A stretch of DNA of 63,976 nucleotides, counting the filler, from Hyphochytrium catenoides (Eukaryota > Protista > Hyphochytriomycota), in assembly GCA_900088475.1 (NCBI GenBank). It is 8 parts of 8 records of this genome, joined end to end, with 100 filler letters (N's around TTAATTAATTAA, not from the genome) between each part and the next. Parts side by side here need not be neighbours in the genome. Positions count along the whole stretch, not along the records: positions 1 to 20,865 come from FLMG01002836.1; 7 more parts are not named here. One strand, given 5' to 3'. The notes beneath the pieces were generated by a model. It made no database searches. It worked only from the letters and a program-made list of their open reading frames with translations, and was not told the DNA's origin. Shown piece by piece: positions 1 to 11,837 of this stretch. Numbering within the stretch: position 1 is the stretch's first letter; the number at the start of each line of letters is the position of its first letter. The position numbers and the translations under genes were made by a program.

Positions 1-2365
1 ATAGTGCCGAAGAGATCGTGGTGACAAAAGGAGAAGGAAGACAAAAAAGGCGGGACAGCAAAGGAAGGAGTAGGGGACAAGGAGAGACAGACCAATGCCT
101 GTGATTTGCACTCCTTAGCTAAGCATGCACATAATCGAGAAGGAGTAGCAAATGGTGGGAGGCTTCCGAACAACCAACTCCCGTAGTAGTTAGTGATGAA
201 GAAGACAGGACAACACTACTGCGCAGAGGTGGACAACTATGATAGTTGCTCCTTCTCGTTCTAGTAGTCCGAGGAGGACGGGATACTTAAGCGAGACGAT
301 GGAGAAGGCAGCAGGGACCAAGGACAACCTTTCTTTGCTTCCTGGGGAGACTTGTTGACGAGGAGACTTCTTGTTGATGATGACTGACGAGGAGGTGCTG
401 GTGAGGATAGGAGGATGATGAAGGAGGAGAGCGAGCAAGCCGTAGCAGGAAGAAGGACCCGACGAGAGGCAAGACGAACAGGATGAGGAAGAAGAAGAGT
501 GAGACACCTCCGTCACTGACAAGCAAGACAGCGACCGGGAGAATAGAAGAGGCAGGACAGAGGAGAAAAAAGAAGACAGAGAGAGAGAGAGTGAAAGAAG
601 AAGAGATAGAGTGATACAGCAGCCCACCAGCAGCAAGAGAGAAGCCCACCAGATGACCAACAAGAAGAGAGAAGAGACAGAGCAATCAAGACAGAGGACG
701 GAGAAGAGACCCACATGATAGCAGAAGTCCAAGTTAACAGGAGACAGAGGATGGAGAGACAGGGAGAGGACTTACTACAGAGGAAGAGCGAGACCCCACC
801 ATACAACAGACAGACAGAGGGCCACCACCGCCACTCCTCTTCCTTCCTTGCCCAGCCTCCGTGCGAGACGTTTCAACCCTTTTTGCGGAGTGCCCTTTCG
901 TCCTCTTCCCTTCCTTGATTATCAATGTGGCCGGTACTTCAGTAATCTCAGTGGAGTTTGGACCGGGAGGTGGATAATGGAAAGAGACAGACTTTGGCGT
1001 CCAAAAGAGGACTCCTAAATATCTCACTGAGGAGGAAGAATGCGTTCTGCATTCTATCTCTGACTCTCTCTCTCCCTCTCGCTGGTTCTGTCGTTCTAAG
1101 TCAATTACTATGTCCTTATGGTATACACATCAAAGATGGAGGAGGAGGGAAGTTGACCTTTTACCAATCGATCGAACTGGCCCTCCCCCACACCCCTCAT
1201 ACCCGGTTGTATGGAGGGTACTCTCTCCAGTGTCTTATATAAAGCATTAGCAAAGGGGGCAGCTCGGAGAAAGTTTGTCTGGGGTCATTGGATGGAGTTT
1301 CTCACCCGAAGTATCAGAAGTGAAGGGGGATGCTATTGTATGTAAAGGCTGGGAAGAAGAGAAGGATAGAGGGGAACGGTGTACACACAAGAATGCATTG
1401 AACTGGCTCTAACAATAAGACAGGCTTACCGTCAGTTTAGGTGCCATCTTAGGTCCCGAAATCAGGACACCCCAGGCAGCGGAACTCCGATATTCTGCTC
1501 CGACATGGCCCACATCGGATGCCTATACCGAGTACTTAGAGCGGAGTCCTATTCCTGTATTTTAGTTCTCATGGACTGAATTACGCCAAACGACTAATTT
1601 ATCGCCGACCAGTATTGGGAAATGTAGGAAGGCCAAATTAATTCTGAAGATCATTGCGGAAGCAAGCTCCGTTTGGCCATCTTCAATAGCTGCGGAAGCT
1701 CCAGGTAATCTTCATAATCAAGCACGGGTTTACCCCTTGTGATGGCTCTGAGATAACAGGTCAATTTGAGAGAAGAGTCTACACCCGACTCTTAGAGCGG
1801 TTGCCGGTGGACTTCGAACACTGCACTCCTTTCTCCTCCATCCCTTTGAGACTCTTTTACTGTGTCTGTAGAGAAGCTGGCCGGAGGAAGCGGCTGTGTC
1901 TCGTAAGCCTCTGGGCCGACCTATCTTCATTTCCTTTACGTAATATCTGTAGCTTCGCTAAGAGTCTGCTGGGACAAGTTCCCTATAGCCTTAAGACTGC
2001 AGCGGCGTCGGGCTTCTCTTCTCTAATGGCTGGAAACCTTTGATCTCTCTGCTCCTGAAGAACCATGCTCTCTGGAAGCATGCAAGATAACTATCCTAGA
2101 TATAGGGGGAGTTTCCTCTATTCAGGCCCCAATCCTCAACAGACTCCAGATTCTTCCTTTGCTGGAAGCCAGCTGAAGGATCTAGGCAAGTCATTCATTC
2201 AATGTTGTCCCAACTGCTTTAGTGCCTGTCTAACGTTAAACGCCGTCAGATTCTCTAGGTACTGCTACGGGGCTTTCTCTCTCGTATTATGCGGAAGAGG
2301 ACAGAAGAGCTCCATACTGCTATGGGGAGGTCAGTGTTTCGGCTGAGTCCACCAGATCCTCATTG

Positions 2366-5185
2366 ATGAAGAGCCCGGTACGGGTCAACCCCACAGCTCT
2401 TAGAGAGACAACCATTGCTAATCTTCAAGATAAGTTCTACGAGCTAATCCGGACCTTGTCGGCCGCTGTCTCTGCGGGGGAGGACCCTACATCGGACTCA
2501 AGTAGTACCTCAAGCAGGGCAGAAGATGGAAGGAAACTGGAGAAATACCTTGATGGGACACAGCTGGGAAGTGTAGACGTGGAGTACATCTTCTCCTTCG
2601 GCCGAAAGTATCCAGATGATGCGAGGGTTCATCTTTGCATCTGTGAGATAGCGGATTTGCTTCTCTCTGACAGCAGTGAGAACAGGGACATAGTTCTAGC
2701 TGGGAGCGGACTTCGTGTACTGCTTCGGATACTACGACAACACAGCGGGATCAACGAGGTTATTACCATCAAGGCTCTTCATTGTATCGCGCTGCTTGTG
2801 GACAGTCACAAACGAGCTCAGATTGACGCAGAGGCCAATGGTGCCGTCTCCATGGCCATTAAAAGCATGAAGACATTCAAGGACAGTCCAGAACATGCTG
2901 TGGCTACGCTTTGTTTGTTTGACCGGTTGGCTTGTGGCGCGTCTACTGTGGGCCGGAATGCTTATAATCAGGAGGCAATAGCGCAGCAAGGAGGGCTCAA
3001 GATCACCATTTCTGCTCTGAACCAGTATCAGAACGACAAGGATGTGGTGACTGCTAGTTGTGCAGCAATTAGGTCTCTGGTACTGGATCACAAAGATAAT
3101 CAGCACATCGTGCTACAGCTAGGGGGCATCAGAGCCATTGTAGCAGCCATGAGAGCGCATAGACAAGAGGTGGATGTTCTCATTGCGGCTTGTGATACGC
3201 TCGGTTTCATTTCGCAAAAAAACCCTGAAATGCAAAAAGCAGTGGCAGCCGCTCAGGGGCTTGAGCAGATCTTGGTAGGAATGCGAAACCACCCACAGGA
3301 AGCCAAACTGCAGCAGCGAAGCTGTTGGGCTCTGGGAAGAGCGATTCAGCATAACTCATTGAACCAGATGAAGCTTATTAGGCTCCGGACCTTTACCTCG
3401 GTCATTCAAGCCATGCACGATCATCCTATGGACTGTGAAGTCAATACATGGGCTGCTTGGGCGATACGGCAGCTTGCCAACAATAATGCCGAGGGTCAGC
3501 AGATTGGAAGTGCTTCTGGTGCCATTATAACGTTAGTAAGGACCCTCAAGGAGCACACCACTCACCCAGAGCTTCATAGACAGAGCTTCAGAGCGCTTAG
3601 CAGTCTAATCAAGCGTAATATCGAGAACCAGCGCAATTTAGTCTCTGTTGACGGACTGAGGGTTGTCTCCGCTTCCATGGAAAGCCATGGTGATGATCCC
3701 TCAATTTTGAAGCAAGCGTCAAGACTCCTCGCCTACGTGGCGTTTGGTGACGCCGAAATGCAAAAGGTCGTCGTCTCATCAGGCTTCATTACCAAGATTG
3801 TGGACGTTATGCGCAGGCACAGTCAATATGTGGCACTCCAAGAAATCAATTGTCTAGCTCTAGGAAACATCGCATGCCGTGACGTGCAAGGGCAGAAGGT
3901 CATTGAACAAGAAGGCGGGATTGCGGTCGTCCTGGACCTTATGACAGTCCACGCAGAATCTGCTGACCTGCAAACATATGGCTGTTTAGTGCTAGCTAAT
4001 CTAGCAGAAAATAACGCCAGCGTGCGACGGAATATTGCTGATGCAGGTGGTATCAGAGTAATACTTGAAGCCATGAACAACCACGCCACGTCCTTTGCTG
4101 TGCAGCAGTATTGCTGTCTTGCGCTTTCTCATCTCTCTTCCGACCCACAGAACCAGCAGCGATTGGGCGACGAAGGAGTCATTGTCTCGGTCTTAGGAGC
4201 TATGGCGGAGCATCTACAGGTGTCTGCTGACATTCAACACTTGGGCTGCACCTTCCTGGCCAACATCGCTGAGGGCCATAGCAGCCACCGAGACCTCATC
4301 ATGAATAATGGAGCTGTGCAGACAATCACTCTCTCCATGGACGTACACAGCCATTTTAGTTTGGTCCAAGAGAAAGGCTGTTCAGCCCTTGGTACATTGG
4401 CTAGGGGAAATGCCACGTTCAAGTCTCAGATTGCCACAGCTGCTATCCCTGTTATCGCGAAAGGAATGCTTCAGCACCCGCAGTCCACGTCCGTGCAGGC
4501 GAGCTGCTTTTGGGCTCTTGTCCAGATCGCGGAAGGAAACCGTGCAGCAGCTCCTCTCCTTGAAGAACACAATGTGAGGATTGTCATATTCTCCCATCTG
4601 AAAGGAATGGTGAAAGATGAGGCAGTGGCAAAGCAAGGATGCAGGCTGTTGAGAGTTCTAGCGTCCTGTGACGCTGAAGGTGGTTCTGCACTCCTCTCTA
4701 TGGGGGCAGTCGCCTTAGTGGTACGCTGTCTTCGAATTCATACCGTACACTGCCCTAGTCTCGTCAAGCAAGCGTGCAGGACTCTCCTCTCCTTTGCTAC
4801 TCAAAGTGAGGAGGCAAAGGAGGAGATGATGGCTTTGCATGTCGTAGAGCTCGTCTCAGCAGCGATCAAGTCTCATGCAAGCTCTGAAAAGCTTCAGAAA
4901 GCAGCCAGAGCTCTGCTAGAATCTCTACCGAATGGAGTGCAGTCAAGCATGGAGCTCATCATGACCACTGGTACCGAAAGTCTCTTGCGAATGGGTAGAG
5001 AAGACTCTACTGAAGGGCTCAGCGTTGTGCTTGATATGGACCAAGCCATCCGATTAAAGAGAAGTCTATCAATACCTCAACCCTCCGCGGTGGACGCTTT
5101 GCCAGTGGCGGGTGGAGTCTCAATCGCAGCGGGCGGTTCCCTTCGGCGATCAGTTGGTAAGACCTACATAAGATACAGTAGCTGA
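2366..5185 (+). CDS. Armadillo-repeat protein (LRRK2 N-terminal/aardvark-like ARM array), apparently single exon
   Basis: 940-codon open frame (first ATG at 2366) with many ~42-43 aa repeats of the form M..H....(V/L)Q..GC..L..LA (e.g. MRNHPQEAKLQQRSCWALGRA, MTVHAESADLQTYGCLVLANLA, MNNHATSFAVQQYCCLALSHLS). Confidence 0.88.
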   Translation: MKSPVRVNPTALRETTIANLQDKFYELIRTLSAAVSAGEDPTSDSSSTSSRAEDGRKLEKYLDGTQLGSVDVEYIFSFGRKYPDDARVHLCICEIADLLLSDSSENRDIVLAGSGLRVLLRILRQHSGINEVITIKALHCIALLVDSHKRAQIDAEANGAVSMAIKSMKTFKDSPEHAVATLCLFDRLACGASTVGRNAYNQEAIAQQGGLKITISALNQYQNDKDVVTASCAAIRSLVLDHKDNQHIVLQLGGIRAIVAAMRAHRQEVDVLIAACDTLGFISQKNPEMQKAVAAAQGLEQILVGMRNHPQEAKLQQRSCWALGRAIQHNSLNQMKLIRLRTFTSVIQAMHDHPMDCEVNTWAAWAIRQLANNNAEGQQIGSASGAIITLVRTLKEHTTHPELHRQSFRALSSLIKRNIENQRNLVSVDGLRVVSASMESHGDDPSILKQASRLLAYVAFGDAEMQKVVVSSGFITKIVDVMRRHSQYVALQEINCLALGNIACRDVQGQKVIEQEGGIAVVLDLMTVHAESADLQTYGCLVLANLAENNASVRRNIADAGGIRVILEAMNNHATSFAVQQYCCLALSHLSSDPQNQQRLGDEGVIVSVLGAMAEHLQVSADIQHLGCTFLANIAEGHSSHRDLIMNNGAVQTITLSMDVHSHFSLVQEKGCSALGTLARGNATFKSQIATAAIPVIAKGMLQHPQSTSVQASCFWALVQIAEGNRAAAPLLEEHNVRIVIFSHLKGMVKDEAVAKQGCRLLRVLASCDAEGGSALLSMGAVALVVRCLRIHTVHCPSLVKQACRTLLSFATQSEEAKEEMMALHVVELVSAAIKSHASSEKLQKAARALLESLPNGVQSSMELIMTTGTESLLRMGREDSTEGLSVVLDMDQAIRLKRSLSIPQPSAVDALPVAGGVSIAAGGSLRRSVGKTYIRYSS

Positions 5186-5310
5186 CTTTTACCTAACGCT
5201 GTCGTCATCTTCTACTGCTCACCTTATAAGCAGTTGCTGACCGCTCAAGTCCTTCCCTGAGAGACAGCAGGCGAAGAAGATGGCAACCGGAACTGATTGA
5301 AAGCCCAAAC

Positions 5311-6513
5311 ATGTCCCACACCAACCCTAATGAAGCCTCCACACTCTTCCGCACGAAGACGAGTCCGGCATCCACTTTCTCTCACACATCTGCCAACAAC
5401 CCCTATCCTAGTGTTCGAAGAGGTTCTTTATCTGGCCCTTCTCCGTCTGAACCACACGAGCTCACCAGGACTCACACGACTCCTGCGGCCTGGCCCCGCT
5501 CTCTCACCTCTGACCCAAATGCCAGTGCCAGCACTCGTCCCCAAGCTGCTCAGCCAATGCTCACACGTACGCATACCGAACCTCCAACGACCACGCTGAG
5601 CGGGATCTACTCTACAACTAGAGTCAGTGGTATCTACAATACTACTGGGGCTAATAACCCGCCTTCGCTGGGGGTTTCGACGGGCAGCATATATGCCAAC
5701 TGGCGAAGCTCTTTGGCTGAGCAGTATAGGATGAATACTACCGCGACCACCGTAACTGGGCTGGGGGCCAACCAGGTTCGTGTGGGAGAGCTTGTCCATT
5801 TTAGGCCTTCGATTCCATTGCTCTGATCTTCTTGTGAAGTCTGGTCTAAGCCTTTCTTATCGTACCGCTATTTACCCAGGCTCTGGGTCTCATATCTTTC
5901 GAAGCTATCCTTTCTCCGTTACTGCCCGTTCCTCGTGACACAGAGCTTCCTTGTAGTTTAAGGCTGTGGATTTTATCCCGCTCTTTCCTCGTGATTTTTT
6001 GAAAAGTATCTCCTCACGCAACTTTATTTGGCTTCATGTTTCCTATTTCCCCTTATGGCTTTTCCGCCCTCACTCTACTACTGTCGCATAGAAACTTTAT
6101 TGTCATCCAAACCTCCTAGTGCCCAGCTTTTCCTACAGACCAATGACCAGGTTTCTTGCTCGTAGGTCTCAACTACAATGAAGTCGAACACCACAACAAC
6201 CGCTACGACCCTCAACTCGTCTGCCCCTTCCTCTCCAGTTGCAGATGACTTACAAGAGACAGATAGGCCTCGGCGGCGGAGTATCTTTGATTCGCTTTCT
6301 CAGCAACCCAAGGTGTGGGCGGATAAGGCGGGATCGTCTGTGGACAGCTTCGTGAAGTCAAAAGTATGTCGGTGCTTTCGGAAGGCTGATCACGTTTAAT
6401 AACCTCCATCGACGTAGTGGCTGAAGGGCTTTTCCAGCCCGAGACGTACCTCACAAGGCGAGCCCGGGCAAGCGGATGGTGATGCAGATATACGACACTC
6501 TTGGCGCTTTTGA
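5311..6513 (+). CDS. Hypothetical Ser/Thr-rich low-complexity protein, 3 exons
   Basis: ORF 5311 ends at donor CAG|GTTCGT (~5775). Acceptor CTCGTAG|GTC (~6166) joins in frame to ORF 6178. Donor AAA|GTATGT (6363) and acceptor ACGTAG|TGG (~6418) read WLKGFSSPRR...SWRF* to TGA at 6511-6513. No recognisable domain. Confidence 0.5.
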
Positions 6514-6763
6514 GAGAATGCGTGTGCTTGTTGGGCCCGGGGACAAGACCAAGAAGAAGACTGGTCGGAGTGTCCCTTTCTCTATCGTCAACCTCGCCTG
6601 TCTCTCCTCTTATCTTTATGAGGCATCGGGGTGGGCCCTAGCTGGTAGGTTAACTATAGCTTTTGTAGATATTGCCACCATGGCGAAGCCCAAGTTTATG
6701 AAGAAACAAAAAAGGAGGAGCCCAACCGCTCAAGACAAATAGTAGGGCACGATGTGGGCAAAC

Positions 6764-6795
<32 letters not shown>

Positions 6796-7252
6796 CAAGA
6801 GAGACAAGAGAGAGAGTTCAAAAGTCCTGTTGCTCAACACTGTCCTGTTTGTGGCTCTTTGGGCGATAAGAACCCGCACTATTTATGACCTTATTTACAA
6901 TCCTCTGGTTGCCTTTTCAAAATAATAACAGTATTTTGCCCAAATATCAGGAATAACCTGACTCTAGACAAACCAATTTTGTAACGCCCGCTTCCCGCCG
7001 CGCCGAAGTTGACATCTTCAGCGCTGTCAGCGCTGTCAACCGCCACTGGCAGCTCGCTTCTCCTTTTATAAAGAGAAGAGGGAAAGAAAGCCCGACACCT
7101 CAGCAAAGAATCAGAGACGCCATGGAGAAGAGGCCATTCTCAACCTGGTGATGTCACAAAGATTGTCATGCTTCGTCTCATAAACAGGAAGTAGCTGGCT
7201 CACAGAGCGACCTCTGCACCTTGTTTCGCGGCAAGATTTAGACCTAGAACTA

Positions 7253-8374
7253 ATGTCAGTCAGTGCGACCAAGAAAGACACTCCTAAGAAAGGCGATGAT
7301 CTCGCTCTTTTGGAGGACAAGACCTTCTTTGGCACACCCAGCAAATCGTTAGAGTCGCGCATACACAAGAGAGAAGAAAAAGAGTTGCGAAGGGTCTTTA
7401 ACTACCTTAGTGGCTTCAAGGAGCGACATAAGTATGAGGTGCGAATAGAGCAACAGAAGCAGGTCATCAAGCAGAAGAGAGCTCTTTTGAAGGCCTCTCA
7501 GGACCGAGATGCCGTTTCTCGCTATCAAAATGGGGGAAGAAGCAGCGTTATGGCTCCCACGGCTGGGCCTACCAATGAGGCCATAGAAGAAGAGATCCGA
7601 GAGCTAATGAAGGAGGTCACCGACTATGAGCAGCTCATCAAGAAACTCAAGGACAATCCGCATAAGAAGATCACTAAGGGGGACTTATATGAAGCGATGA
7701 AGGTATGGTCTTCACTTTGTGTTAACACTAAGTGACAAGCCTTCGTCTTAAGTGATGCCTTTGTGGTCCACTTCCCTGTCCGGAGGGCCGTCCTGTGCCA
7801 CTCAACGACGCCATATGGTACTCCAAGTGCTAATGTTGCCTGTCTCGACTTTCTCTTGTGTCTTGAGTGTCCCTAGGCTCTTTTGGAGGTACTCAGAGTG
7901 CCTCCCCTGTATGTGGGCTTGTCTCAAGTCTATTTCTCGCTCTGCTTTTCGGCCCGCGCGGCTTTGCTTGTGCGTGTACATCTCTCAGTACCTCTTGCAT
8001 CACAGATCATTCTAGGAACCACCTGCACAAAAAAGCAGATCGATGATATGATCTGGGAGGCAGACGAGAGCTTGGATAGCTCTCTGGACTGGAATGAAGT
8101 CAAATATTACTTAGTACGGACAATAGAGGACGAGACAGGGTTAGAGCCCAGGAGCCTCTACTTCGTGATCCAGTTTCTCATGTTTGACACCAACATGGAC
8201 GGAGTCATCTCCGTAGATGATACGATGGAGATTCTCTTCCATAGATACTCCAGAGAAGCATTAGATCGGTACATGAAGAGTCTCTTCGGAGATGCTTTGG
8301 ACCTCCCCTTCAAGGACTATATGGCTCGAGTGACCAAGCACCATCAAGAAGGGATGAAGCGGAACTCATCATAG
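7253..8374 (+). CDS. EF-hand calcium-binding protein with N-terminal coiled coil, 2 exons (7253-7702, 8006-8374)
   Basis: AAG|GTATGG donor and CACAG|ATC acceptor join the two ORFs in frame. EF-hand-like loops EADESLDSSLDWNE and FDTNMDGVISVDD; calmodulin/centrin-like 'TKKQIDDMIWE' helix. Confidence 0.8.
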
Positions 8375-9741
8375 ACTATGAGGAATAACCATTGATCGTT
8401 GATGGGCGTGGGAAGGTTAGACGACAGAACAACCACTTTCCTAGCTACACCGACGGCCCAAAGGAGAGAGCTAAAGCGGCAAGGCAAGGTGTAACTGACT
8501 AGAGGCAGAATGAGAGTGCTAGGAAGAGGGAGATAGTGGGTTGGTAGTAGAACCGCTTCATTGGCCTGCAGAAGTTGCTGTTAGTTGCAGGAAGGGAGAA
8601 GGAGAAGAGTTCGGATGGTAATGGATGAGTCTTCTATGGCGACAGTAGACTGGTTCGTATGAAAGCTGGTTTCGAAGGGTGAAGAGAGTCCAGTCATGTG
8701 CGATCTCTGTCTCGGTGCTGCAAGGGACGCAAGCCCTCAGTGGTCTGCTCAACGAAGAATACTGTCAGCATCCATGGAGCGTCAGAAAGAGGCATAGGCG
8801 GATGCTGAAAGAGAGTAAAAAGCTACTGTTAAAGGAGGCAACCACGGCGTGGCTGTTGAAGTCTATGCTAATTATTTCTCGTTGTCCTCTCTAAAGAACG
8901 ACGCCACTAGCGTTTTTAAACCTATGCATTGTGAAGATACCGAATTATGATGAATAGCTCTATATCAATAGGCAGGCAAGGTGGAATATATGGCAATGCT
9001 TGCCCTCAAAGTAGGATGGTTATCGATATATATTATCTATGTATATAGCGCACCGGAGAGAGTGGATGAGGAGATAGTGTAGAGTCCGGGCTGACAGGTT
9101 ACGAGAATAAGCATCAGTTAAACTCCCCTTGACACCGCCGCTCGGTGGACTGAGCTGTTTCCTGAGAGCCTGGATACGATGATGTATGGGAAGTGGAAAG
9201 AGCGACATGAGGCAGAGGACAGAGCGAGGAGAACCTAGAAGGAGGGGAAAATATATATGAGAAATGAAGTCGCCGCACTGGACAAGTACTATGATGATGA
9301 TGGTTTGGCGTGACGGACCATAATCGCTTATGACAGACAAACGTCTACACATGATAACGGAGTGCTGGGATGACTTTTATGACCTTTCGTCCTCAGTACT
9401 CTCCCAGGACCTTGAGGGTACTTTGATAACTACTTCAGGCGATTCTTCTTCAACTGATATTTGGGATGAAGATTGGTCAGGCAGTAAATCTATGAGGATA
9501 GAGACTCACAGAGAAGCTGGAAGTAGAGAAGTAGAGACTCTTGCCCTCCTCGTAGATCTCAAGCTCTGTTATCGGCCTCTGTAGAGTCTGGACAGCCTTT
9601 CAGACAGCTGATTCTTGGTAGGATTGCTGCCCGCTGCCTTTAGATCGGTCCTTGTGCGCTCGTAGCTGCCGATACATCACATCTTACAAGCATCCGCACG
9701 AGTCTGTCAAGCTCTCTTGACGCTAGTCAAAGCTTGATGCG

Positions 9742-11259
9742 ATGACTTCCTACAGCATCACAGAGCAAGCCTATGTCAAGCTAATTCTTCACACCGCGAA
9801 GTATCCAGATAAGCCCGTGTTTGGCCTTTTGGCTGGAGAGACTGGAAACGATGTCATCAGAATTGTGGACACCTTTCCACTCTTTCATCAGCCTTTCGCT
9901 GCCGCACCCTTAGAAGTAGCAACAACCATGGTAGCTTTGTTGTCTCGTTGCCCGTCTCTTCTGCGCACAGTTGCTGAATGCTAACTTCATCTACATTGTC
10001 CCACGGTTCTGGTGCCTCTGTTTGGGCTTCCTCTGCGGGCTTTTGAAATGCTGGGTCTTAATGTGTGCCTCTTTGTGCGTCCCATTTGCTCCTCCTCCTA
10101 GAGGTAGCGCTCTCACAGCGCCTAGATAGCTGGGCTCCTCCGAACTGATTTCTTGCTTAATCACTCACCCTATCTTGGCTTCCTGCGGATTTTTGACGGC
10201 TCCTCTAGGTGGAGCAACACTGCGCCTCTCAGAACCCATCTCTGAAGATTGTTGGTCTATACAAAGCCAATGCACTACTCAAGGACCACGCACTTGACGC
10301 TGTCACGCAGAAGATAGCTAATAAAATAGACGCAGAGAGTGACAGAGCCTGCGTCTTGCTGGTAAGGATGTTAGACTAGAACCGGGCCGCTAAAGAGGAA
10401 GAATTTTGGAGAAAGAGAGTCCCGTAGCGTAAAAAAGACGACCGACAGAACAGCGAGGTGGCAGTGAGGCCTATAGAAGAGAAAGAGGGGACAAGAGAGG
10501 GAGAGAGAGAGAGAGTTAGAGAGGGTAGCAAAAAGGGAGAGTAGTGCCAAGAAACCGAGTCTGAGGCTCAACGGGTTACTTCTGTCTACGCAGGTTGAAA
10601 ACGATCAGCTAGGAGACAGTCGATCGTTGGCTCTTCAGGTACTTTCCTCGGCTTATTTGCTGCCTTTTGTCTTTCTTCCAAAGATAGCGCTCGGTTTTGT
10701 CTCCGTCGTTGATGGTCTCAACAGTGCTGTGCTACCTCTGATCCTCCTCTTCTCCCTTGATGTCTATCCTATGTTGTTGTTAATTTCTCGCCTCTACCGT
10801 CCGGCCGCGACATTTCTCGCTTCCCTGCCCTTGTCTTACGTTCTCTCAGTCTCCCTGCCGTTGGCTCGTCAGGCCTCGAACCTTTAGGCTAGCTATTCAG
10901 ATTCTGCTTCTTCTTCATAGGTCCTCCCTTTGGTTCTTTTTAGCTCCTCAGTGGGTCTGCTTTCTTTGTCTCTTGGTCTGGCCAATATTATGTACTCTCC
11001 TCATTGGGCGCCGGCACTTAGAGTGCAGAGTTCTCATCCTTTTCCCCTCCCTTTACCGCTTCTCACCGTGTAGCTCCTCTTGAGGGATGTGAAGCGAGGT
11101 TGGACGGCAGTGAATGGAAAACTCAAGGCAGAGAAAGAAAGCGCAGTTGAGAGTGTAACAAAGGCCCTGGTACAGGGCATACACCACGAGATCCACGACT
11201 TTGATGAGCACCTTGATGATATAACCAAAGACTGGAGAAACCCTATGTTTAAGTACTAA
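9742..11259 (+). CDS. EMC8: ER membrane protein complex subunit 8/9 (UPF0172, MPN-like), 4 exons (9742-9930, 10209-10361, 10594-10638, 11074-11259)
   Basis: Spliced translation has AYVKLILHTAKYP..PVFGLL, IVDTFPLFH, PLEVA, IVGLYKAN, KIANKI and the C-terminal IHDFDEHLDDITKDWRNP, all characteristic of EMC8/9. GT-AG introns are phase-consistent. Confidence 0.92.
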
Positions 11260-11837
11260 AATGAAGCAGGTCATTCTCTTTTGTCTTTCTCTCTCTCTTC
11301 TCTCTCTCTCTCTCTTTTTCATATGCAGATTATAGGCTTCGTTTTTGTTTTGTTGGAACATCTCTTATGCCTCTCTTTCTCTAACATCTATCTGACTTGT
11401 CTCTGTCTCTTCGCTGGAGTTCCCTTCTCACTCACCTTACAACTTACCAGGTTCCTTGAAACTCATCTTTCACTCTTACTTCCTCTATCTCCCAACCCTC
11501 TGTTCTCTTCTTCGCTACTCTCTTCTCCTACTGCAAAGCTACTTCTATCTCCCTTTCATCTCTTTCTCTCCAGTCGGTCTTGTTTCCGAGAAAGAGAGAG
11601 CAAACTGCAGAGCCCCTTCCTCTGCCTTCAGCACTTTATCTCCCCTCCCTACTCTCCTCTTTTTCTTTCACGCTAAAAAGATGCTTGACCCTCTCTTCTT
11701 TATTTCTTACAAACCACAGTCTTCAGTGAAAGAAGGAGGAGAAGAGGGGGATTGTACTTGCGTCTACTCCTTATCTTCAGTTCCCTGCCACTACTGTCCT
11801 CATAGAGGCACAAGAGACAGAAAACGTTGAGGTTAAG

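Noticed and set aside
1-2360. ORFs upstream of the ARM gene (e.g. 190-732 minus strand)
   Set aside because: Low-complexity purine-rich sequence with no recognisable domain or consistent exon chain.
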